From an uncultured Actinomycetes bacterium (GTDB lineage Bacteria; Actinomycetota; Acidimicrobiia; IMCC26256; JACDBD01): a DNA stretch of 64,000 bases. Positions 57,260 through 64,000 of the stretch are shown here, piece by piece. The notes under the pieces are model-generated. The model was given only the letters and a program-made list of their open reading frames with translations. It made no database searches and was not told the DNA's origin. A program made the position numbers and the translations under genes. The stretch lies in NCBI GenBank assembly GCA_963836445.1, contig CAWIJM010000008.1, positions 117,838 to 181,837 on the forward strand, in the 5' to 3' direction. The number at the start of each line of letters is the position of its first letter. Positions within the stretch are counted from its first letter, which is position 1.

Positions 57260-57980
57260 ATGAACACACCCCCGATCGTGTCGCCGGAGCGAGTGGGACG
57301 CCGCGCACCGGCAGCTGCTCGTGAAAGAGAAGGAGTTGACCCACGCCCGTGACGCCCTGGCCGCGGAGCGTCGGCGGATGCCGTGGGTGGCCGTGGACAA
57401 GGACTACGAGTTCGACGGGCCCAAGGGCAAGGCGACCCTGCTCGACCTGTTCGACGGCCGCCGTCAGCTGATCGTCTACCGCGCCTTCTTCGAGCCCGGC
57501 GTGTACGGCTGGCCCGAGCATGCCTGCGTCGGCTGCTCCATGGTGGCCGACCAGGTCGCCCACGTCGCCCATCTGAACGCCCGCGACACCACTCTCGCGT
57601 TCGCCTCCCGTGGGCCGCAGAAGGACATCGAGCGCGTGAAGGCCCGGATGGGTTGGGAGATGCCCTGGTACACCATGACGGACGGCTTCGACGCCGACTT
57701 CGGCGTGGACGAGTGGCACGGCACGAACGCGTTCATCCGCGCCGGTGACAGCGTGTTCCGCACCTACTTCATCAGCGCCCGCGGCGACGAGACGATGGGG
57801 GGCACTTGGAGCTACCTCGACATGACCGCACTCGGGCGCCAAGAGGAGTGGGAGGACTCGCCGGCGGGTTACCCGCAGACGCCGCCGTACCAGTGGTGGC
57901 ACTGGCACGACGAGTACGGCGACACCGAGCCGTCCGGCGAGGTCCAAGACCAGATCCGCCGGAGCCTCGACGCCACGTGA
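57260..57980 (+). CDS. DUF899 thioredoxin-like protein (paralog), one frame change near 57290
   Basis: ATG follows AGGAG. MNTPPIVSPE, then EWDAAHRQLLVKEKELTHARDALAAERRRMPWVAVDKDYEFD...ACVGCS in ORF 57321..57980. Confidence 0.75.
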
Positions 57981-58006
57981 TCGCGCACGTGACGTCGCCG
58001 ACCTGA

Positions 58007-59077
58007 TCAGCGAATGGTGCCCACTCCGGGGATCAGTGGCAGGTCGAGCGCGGTGACCCAACCCGGCGGCAGGCGGTTGACTGCGGGAACGGCGTTGAGC
58101 GCACGGAGCCCGGTTGCAAGGCAGCCCGCGGCCGCCGCGTCGCGGCCGCTGCCGTCGGTGAAGCGGAAGGCGGTCTCCTGGGTGATCGACGGCGTCCCCT
58201 CGATCTCGATCCGGTAGACGTCGTCCTGCGTGCCGCGACGCCAGTCGGGCGCAGTGTCGGCGCCGAGGCGGTTCACGTGCTCCAGTTGGATTCGGGTCTC
58301 GCCGTTGTAGACGCCGTTGATCGTGAAGTTGATGGCGGCGACTTCACCAGGTTGGATCACGCCCTTCGCCGTCTTGATCTCGCGGTCGGTGACCCACTTG
58401 TCCCACGTGGTGGTGATCGCGTCGAGGTCGATGCCGACGGCGTGCGCCATCATCGGCACCGTCGCGCCCCACGCCATGGTGAGGATCTCCGGATGCTCGA
58501 GCATCGCCTGGTATTCGGGGGGACGCCCGATGCCCATCTCGTTCTCGTAGTCACCCTCGTAGTTGGTGTAGTCGAGGATCTCGAGCGCGCGCACCATGCG
58601 CACCTCGGCGCACAGACCCATGAGGGTCATGGGAAAGAGGTCGTTGGCGAAGCCGGGATCGATTCCGGTCGTGAAGCACGACGCGCCACCCGCCTCGCAG
58701 GCCGCGGTGATCGGAGCGATCCAGTCCGGCGGGTTGAGCGTCATCGCCGGCCAGACCCACGGCGTCATCGCCGTCGAGCACACGTCGATGCCGGCACGAA
58801 GGAAGGCCCCGATGTCGCGGATGTTGTCGACCGGGTGCGCCGCCGTCGGCCCGTAGTGGACCAGGGCATCGGGCTCCAGGTCGACGAGCGCCTGGACGTC
58901 GTCGGTCGCCGCCAGGCCGACGGGATCGAGGCCACAGATCTCGCCGACGTCCCTTCCGACCTTGCCTGAGGTGCTGACGCCGACGCCCACGAGCTCGAAC
59001 GTCGGGTGCCGCACGATCTCCGGGATCACCATCCTGCCGACGAAGCCGGTGCCCCAGACCACGACTCGCTTGCCCAT
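58007..59077 (-). CDS. dihydrodipicolinate-reductase-like NAD(P)H-dependent amine dehydrogenase family protein
   Basis: The N-terminal Rossmann motif VVVWGTGFVGR and the overall pattern resemble actinobacterial DapB-like / diaminopentanoate dehydrogenase-like proteins. Confidence 0.7.
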   Translation of the reverse strand: MGKRVVVWGTGFVGRMVIPEIVRHPTFELVGVGVSTSGKVGRDVGEICGLDPVGLAATDDVQALVDLEPDALVHYGPTAAHPVDNIRDIGAFLRAGIDVCSTAMTPWVWPAMTLNPPDWIAPITAACEAGGASCFTTGIDPGFANDLFPMTLMGLCAEVRMVRALEILDYTNYEGDYENEMGIGRPPEYQAMLEHPEILTMAWGATVPMMAHAVGIDLDAITTTWDKWVTDREIKTAKGVIQPGEVAAINFTINGVYNGETRIQLEHVNRLGADTAPDWRRGTQDDVYRIEIEGTPSITQETAFRFTDGSGRDAAAAGCLATGLRALNAVPAVNRLPPGWVTALDLPLIPGVGTIR

Positions 59078-59206
59078 CCGTCTCCTCTTCTCCTCTCGGC
59101 TCGGTGCCCCATTCCAGAGCGCCCGGCTCGGGAATGAAAGGCCGATCCGGCCCGTTTTCTATTCGTAATCCTGTAATCACCGGCCCTGGAAGCCCAGGAG
59201 GCCCCT

Positions 59207-61543
59207 GTGAACGAAACCGCCGAGCGCTTGACCCTGCCCTTGCTGCCGCTGAGCACCGGTGTCGTGCTCCCGCAGATGGTCGTCACCCTCGCCCTGGAGA
59301 CCGAAGAGGCGAAGGCGGCCGCCGACGCCATGGGTGACGACGGGCAGCTGCTCCTCGTGCCGCGGGTCGACGGGCGTTATGCCCGGGTCGGGACCATCGC
59401 CCGGGTCGAGAGCGCCGGCGAGCTGCCGAACGGCGTGCGCGCCCTCGTGCTGCGTGGCGTCCAGCGTGCGGTCGTGGGCGTCGGCGTGGCGGGCACCAGC
59501 TCCGGGCTGTGGGTCGAGGCGGAGCCCGTCGACGACTCCGGCGAACCGAGTGAGCATGCCCGCGAGCTGGCCCGCGACTACCGGGCCATCGTGGGCGCGA
59601 TCGCCGAGCGCCTCGGCGCCGGCCGCCTGCGCGAAGCGTTGCGCGGCGTCACCGATCCGGGCGCGCTGGCGGACACCGCCGGTTGGTGGCCGGAGCTGGA
59701 AGCCGAGCGCAAGCTCGAGCTGCTCGAGACGCTCGACGTCGAGGAGCGGCTGGAGAAGGTCGTCGCCTGGGCGCGCGACGCGCTTGCCGAGCTCGATGTC
59801 GCCGAGAAGATCCGCTCCGAGGTCACCGACGGCATGGAGCGCCAACAGCGTGAGTTCCTGCTCCGCCAGCAGCTCAGCGCGATCAAGAAGGAGCTCGGCG
59901 AGGACGGCGACGACGACGTGGTCGAGGACTTCCGCCGTCGCATCGCCGAAGGCGGCCTCCCCGACGCCGTGCGCGAGTCCGCGGCCCAGGAGGTCGACCG
60001 GCTCGAGCGGACCAGTGAACAGAGCCCGGAGCACGGCTGGATCCGAACCTGGCTGGACTCATTGCTGGATATCCCGTGGAGTGAGCGTTCCGACGACAAC
60101 CTTGACGTCAACGACGCCCGCCGCGTCCTCGACGAGGATCACACAGGCCTGGCCGACGTGAAGGATCGGATCGTCGAGCTGCTCGCGGTGCGCAAGTTGC
60201 GCGCCGAGCGCGGATTCGAGGAGACCGACGGTCGTCGCGGCGCGGGCGCGATCCTCGCTCTGGTCGGCCCGCCCGGCGTCGGCAAGACGTCACTCGGCGA
60301 GTCGGTGGCCCGCGCACTCGGACGGAAGTTCACCCGCGTCGCCTTGGGCGGCATCCACGACGAGGCCGAGATCCGCGGTCACCGCCGTACCTACGTCGGG
60401 GCGCGACCCGGGCGGGTCGTGCGCGCGCTGACCGAGGCGGGCACGATGAACCCCGTCGTCTTGCTCGACGAGATCGACAAGGTCGGCGCCGACTGGCGCG
60501 GCGACCCGTCGAGCGCGCTGCTGGAGGTGCTCGACCCGGCGCAGAACCACACGTTCCGTGACCACTACCTCGAGGTCGACCTGGACCTGTCCGACGTGTT
60601 GTTCCTCGCGACTGCCAACGTCGCCGAGACGATCCCCGCGCCGCTCCTCGACCGTCTCGAGGTCATCCGCCTCGACGGCTACACGGAGGACGAGAAGGTC
60701 GCGATCGCGCGCGACCACCTGCTCGTGCGTCAGCGCGACGGCACCGGGCTACGTGAAGACGACGTCACCGTCGACGACGACGCGCTCCGGCTCGTCGTCA
60801 CCGACTACACACGTGAGGCCGGCGTGCGGAATCTCGAGCGGGAGATCGGCAAGCTGCTGCGCAAGGTCGCGGCGCGGCTCGTGGGCGGTGAAGTGCAGGC
60901 CCCCGTCACCGTGGACGAGGCGGTCGTGCGCGACGCTCTCGGTCGTTCGAAGTTCTTCAACGAGGTTGCGGACCGGATCAACGGCCCCGGCGTGGCGACG
61001 GGCCTCGCCGTCACCGGCAGCGGTGGCGACGTGCTGTTCATCGAGGCGTCCGTCATGGACGGCGAGCCCGGGCTCACCCTGACCGGGCAGCTCGGCGACG
61101 TCATGAAGGAGTCGGCACAGATCGCGTTGTCGTACGTGCAGGCGCACGCCGACGAGCTGGGCATTTCGCCCGACGCGCTCAGGCGCCGCTTCCACCTGCA
61201 CGTTCCCGCGGGGGCGGTGCCCAAGGACGGTCCGTCGGCGGGGGTCACGATGACGACCGCGTTGGCGAGCCTGCTGAGTGGCCGCGCGGTGCGGAGCAAC
61301 GTCGGGATGACGGGCGAGGTCACGCTCCAGGGTCGGGTCCTGCCCATCGGCGGCGTGAAGCAGAAGGTGCTCGCGGCCGAACGGGCCGGGCTCACCGAGG
61401 TGATCCTGCCCGGCCGCAACGGGCCCGACCTCGACGACGTGCCCGAAGCGACACGGGACGCCTTGTTGTTCCACTTGGCCGACGACGTGCGGGACGTGCT
61501 CACGGTCGCGCTCGAGCCCGAGGCGCTGCCGAGCGCGGCCTGA
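59207..61543 (+). CDS. lon: ATP-dependent Lon protease (endopeptidase La)
   Basis: The GTG follows AGGAGG. LON N-domain, Walker A GPPGVGKTS, Walker B VVLLDEIDK and protease motif PKDGPSAGVTM. Confidence 0.95.
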   Translation: MNETAERLTLPLLPLSTGVVLPQMVVTLALETEEAKAAADAMGDDGQLLLVPRVDGRYARVGTIARVESAGELPNGVRALVLRGVQRAVVGVGVAGTSSGLWVEAEPVDDSGEPSEHARELARDYRAIVGAIAERLGAGRLREALRGVTDPGALADTAGWWPELEAERKLELLETLDVEERLEKVVAWARDALAELDVAEKIRSEVTDGMERQQREFLLRQQLSAIKKELGEDGDDDVVEDFRRRIAEGGLPDAVRESAAQEVDRLERTSEQSPEHGWIRTWLDSLLDIPWSERSDDNLDVNDARRVLDEDHTGLADVKDRIVELLAVRKLRAERGFEETDGRRGAGAILALVGPPGVGKTSLGESVARALGRKFTRVALGGIHDEAEIRGHRRTYVGARPGRVVRALTEAGTMNPVVLLDEIDKVGADWRGDPSSALLEVLDPAQNHTFRDHYLEVDLDLSDVLFLATANVAETIPAPLLDRLEVIRLDGYTEDEKVAIARDHLLVRQRDGTGLREDDVTVDDDALRLVVTDYTREAGVRNLEREIGKLLRKVAARLVGGEVQAPVTVDEAVVRDALGRSKFFNEVADRINGPGVATGLAVTGSGGDVLFIEASVMDGEPGLTLTGQLGDVMKESAQIALSYVQAHADELGISPDALRRRFHLHVPAGAVPKDGPSAGVTMTTALASLLSGRAVRSNVGMTGEVTLQGRVLPIGGVKQKVLAAERAGLTEVILPGRNGPDLDDVPEATRDALLFHLADDVRDVLTVALEPEALPSAA

Positions 61544-61615
61544 GCGTCAGACGCCAAGGGCGGCGTGACGTAAGACACCCGCGGCGGCATCAGCTGAGCG
61601 TCTATTTTTGCGTCC

Positions 61616-63052
61616 GTGGCAGGTGAGTCCAGGCTGGAGACGGACTATCTCGTGGTCGGTGCCGGCGCGCTCGGGATGGCGTTCGTCGATACGTTGATCG
61701 AGCACAGCGACGCCGACGTCGTGATGGTCGAGCGGCGCCACCGACCCGGTGGGCACTGGCTGGACGCGTACCCCTTCGTGCAGCTCCACCAGCCGTCGAG
61801 GTTCTACGGCGTCAACTCCACGCCGCTCGGACAGGATCGTATCGAGCCCGACGGCATGGACACGGGCTTCTACGAGCGCGCCAGCGGCGCGGAGATCTGC
61901 GGCTACTTCGACGAGATCATGCGGCACCGGTTCTTGGCGTCGGGACGCGTCCGTTTCTTCCCGATGTGCGATTACTTGGGCGACCGGCGGTTCCGCTCCC
62001 GGGTGACCGATCAGGTGACAGACGTGACGGTTCGAAGCCACGTCGTCGACGCGACCTATATGGCGTCGCGTGTACCCGCCACCGAACCCGCGCCGTTCGA
62101 CGTCGCCGACGGGGTTCGCTGCGTTCCCGTCGGCGAGCTGATCACGCTCGGGGACGCGGCCGCGGGATACGTGATCGTGGGCGGCGGAAAGACCGCGTCG
62201 GATGCGATCTGCTGGTTGCTCGATCGAGGCACCGATCCGGGGGACATCACGTGGATCCGTCCGCGTGACAACTGGATCCTGAACCGAGCGTTCTTCCAGC
62301 CCGGGCAGGCGCGCACCTTCGAGGGTGTCGTCCTGCAGCTCGAGGCGATGGTCGAGTTGCAGTCGGTAGAGGAGGTGTTCGAGCGTCTCGAAGCGGCGGG
62401 GGAGATGCTCCGCACGGACCGGGACGTCGTGCCGACGATGATGAAGGGCGGGACGGCGAGCGTCTGGGAGGTCGAGCAACTCCGTCGGATCGAAAACGTC
62501 GTCCGCTTCGGGCACGTCGAACGCATCGAGCCCGACCGGATCCTGCTCGAGAACGGCTCGATCCCGACCACTCCCGATCATCTCCACGTGCATTGCGCCG
62601 CGTCCGGGCTGAGCGACAACCCACCGCGACCGATCTTCACCGACGACACGATCACCCTTCAGCTCGTGACCCGGGTGGGCCTCACGTTGTCCGGTGGGTT
62701 GCAGGGATTCCTGGAATCGACGGGACGGACCACGGAAGAGAAGAACCGGCTCTGTCCGCCCACCGTCATGCCCCATACGCCGTTCGACTACCTCCGGGTC
62801 GTCATGGCCGGCATCAGTACCGAACTGGGTTGGCAAGAGGCACCGGAACTGCAGCAGTGGGTCGACCGCTCCCGACTCAACCTCCTGAGCGGGCTGGGTG
62901 AGCACGACGACCCCGGCGCCGTCCGGGACCTGCAGGCCCGCTTCTTCGACTCGCTGTTCCCCGCCCTCGAGAAGCTGCCGGTGTTCGCGGCTCAGGCCAC
63001 GCCAAGAGAACGAGCGCGGATGTTCGAGCCGGCCGCGAGTCTCGGCGCCTGA
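61616..63052 (+). CDS. FAD/NAD(P)-binding oxidoreductase (flavin monooxygenase-like)
   Basis: Dinucleotide-binding motifs YLVVGAGALG and YVIVGGGKTASD. 478 aa. Confidence 0.65.
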   Translation: MAGESRLETDYLVVGAGALGMAFVDTLIEHSDADVVMVERRHRPGGHWLDAYPFVQLHQPSRFYGVNSTPLGQDRIEPDGMDTGFYERASGAEICGYFDEIMRHRFLASGRVRFFPMCDYLGDRRFRSRVTDQVTDVTVRSHVVDATYMASRVPATEPAPFDVADGVRCVPVGELITLGDAAAGYVIVGGGKTASDAICWLLDRGTDPGDITWIRPRDNWILNRAFFQPGQARTFEGVVLQLEAMVELQSVEEVFERLEAAGEMLRTDRDVVPTMMKGGTASVWEVEQLRRIENVVRFGHVERIEPDRILLENGSIPTTPDHLHVHCAASGLSDNPPRPIFTDDTITLQLVTRVGLTLSGGLQGFLESTGRTTEEKNRLCPPTVMPHTPFDYLRVVMAGISTELGWQEAPELQQWVDRSRLNLLSGLGEHDDPGAVRDLQARFFDSLFPALEKLPVFAAQATPRERARMFEPAASLGA

Positions 63053-63073
63053 GATTCGCCGCGTCGCGACCGG

Positions 63074-63526
63074 CTACGCCGTCTGCACGTCGGTTCGCAC
63101 GCGCGTGAGCGTCGTCGACGTGATCCGCCACCGGCCGTCCTGCTTCTCGTAGGTTTCGTGGTAGTGGCCGTACCCGTGCATCGTCGTGATGGGGAAGCCC
63201 TCGGGCCACCAGAGGTGGTCCTCCATGCCCCAGACGCCGGTTGCGCTGGTTGGTGACCTGACGTCGATCTCGGGCGTGTGGCCGTGATGCACGGTCGTCA
63301 CGTTGTCGATCGACCCCCGCACGAACGCGGCGATCGCACGATTCCCGCTGGTGACCCCGCTGCCGTCCGACACGTCGCTGGACAGATCGCCCGAGACGTC
63401 CATGCGTGCATCGGGCGCGAAGACCATCGTGAAGCCGTCCCAATCCTTGGTATCCATGCAACGGAAATAGCGCGCCTTGAGCTGCTTGATCTCCTCGATC
63501 GCTTCGAGGCGCTCAACGGTGTCCAC
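63074..63526 (-). CDS. NTF2-like (SnoaL_4) family protein
   Basis: LEAIEEIKQLKARYFRCMDTKDWDGF...HHGHTPEI...DGRWRI. Confidence 0.7.
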   Translation of the reverse strand: MDTVERLEAIEEIKQLKARYFRCMDTKDWDGFTMVFAPDARMDVSGDLSSDVSDGSGVTSGNRAIAAFVRGSIDNVTTVHHGHTPEIDVRSPTSATGVWGMEDHLWWPEGFPITTMHGYGHYHETYEKQDGRWRITSTTLTRVRTDVQTA

Positions 63527-63682
63527 GGTCGACCCCCTGGTTGCAGGTGCTCGGACGACACCGTGCTAATCGGCGTCAGAGGATCCGACCAGTTCCGCCG
63601 AGTGTGCTCGTCTCGCGCCGATCAGGGCGGCCCTGTCGCGTCCCGAATTCACGTCGTCCGGGCCTCGAACGAGTCCGATCTG

Positions 63683-64000
63683 CTACGTCGCCTCGCGCCA
63701 CGACACGCGGTACGCGATGGTCGGCTCGGGAAGGCCTTTGAGCGGAACCGGCCCACGATCCTCGAAGAGGAACTGCTTGCCGACGCAGAGCTCTCGCACC
63801 GCAAGCGACACCGCGATTTCGCCGGACGACGCCGAATCACAAAGACGGGCGGCGAGTTGTACCGCCGCTCCGAACAGGTCGTCGGTGTCGTCCGTGACGG
63901 GCTCTCCGGCGCTGATTCCGATCTTCACTTCGAGTGGAGTTGCACTGCTCTCGTTGTGTTCTCCGAATGCCTGCTGCGCTTCGATCGCGAAGGCCACAGC
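63683..64000 (-). CDS. adenylate/guanylate cyclase catalytic-domain protein, C-terminal part (5' end lies outside the window)
   Basis: KIGISAGEPVTDDTDDLFGAAVQLAARLCDSASSGEIAVS...FLFEDRGPVPLKGLPEP fits the class III cyclase C-terminal half. Confidence 0.65.
   Translation of the reverse strand, partial: AVAFAIEAQQAFGEHNESSATPLEVKIGISAGEPVTDDTDDLFGAAVQLAARLCDSASSGEIAVSLAVRELCVGKQFLFEDRGPVPLKGLPEPTIAYRVSWREAT

Noticed and set aside
59078-59206. Heat-shock operators (HAIR CTTGAGT-N7-ACTCAAG or CIRCE) in the lon promoter region.
   Set aside because: Neither consensus nor a close variant is present in the spacer.
61541-61605. A possible intrinsic terminator after lon (a T-run TATTTTT at about 61594-61600).
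   Set aside because: The sequence preceding the T-run contains a direct repeat (CTGAGCGTC twice) rather than a stable G/C-rich inverted repeat. Only a 5-bp hairpin could be drawn by hand.
1-64000. A search for CRISPR arrays, rRNA genes, intact IS elements or integrases.
   Set aside because: No regularly spaced short repeats, no rRNA-like sequence, no intact transposase or recombinase ORF. Only the short ISL3-like remnant at about 47994-48140 was found.

Overview
High-G+C actinobacterial-type chromosomal segment, possibly from a whiA-less lineage such as Acidimicrobiia (an inference from gene order only). It is mostly conserved housekeeping synteny. In order: trpA 3' end; an ECF sigma/anti-sigma pair; a complete FAS-II cluster on the minus strand (fabD, a small BCCP-like ORF, fabH, fabG, acpP, fabF, an accD6-like carboxyltransferase, fabI) with divergent fabZ; an acyl-CoA dehydrogenase; pdtaR; polA; a MarR/MMPL pair; rpsA-coaE-uvrB; mscL; uvrA; nadA; uvrC-rapZ-yvcK-gap-pgk-tpiA-secG; tRNA-Leu(GAG). 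An accessory stretch of about 11 kb follows (about 46.3-58 kb), then lon and a few oxidoreductase or NTF2-type genes. Points worth a second look: (1) a lysine-free biotinyl-domain-like ORF wedged between fabD and fabH; (2) four direct repeats derived from the 3' half of tRNA-Leu(GAG), delimiting decayed tandem islands with a transposase remnant and no integrase; (3) a 73-nt class-I cloverleaf tRNA carrying a CAA (Leu) anticodon beside a shattered LAGLIDADG/HTH gene; (4) an ACANCCCC-containing leader upstream of nadA, a possible NAD+-I riboswitch; (5) a standalone ScoMcrA-head-like domain paired with an unknown ORF; (6) about 30 reading-frame breaks in otherwise conserved genes, including uvrA, uvrB, gap and nadA. 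That frame-break density more likely reflects indel errors in the assembly than biology. No CRISPR array, rRNA or intact mobile element was seen. Coordinates derived by hand (tRNAs, repeats, boxes, frameshift positions) may be off by 1-2 nt. CDS ends follow the supplied ORF track.
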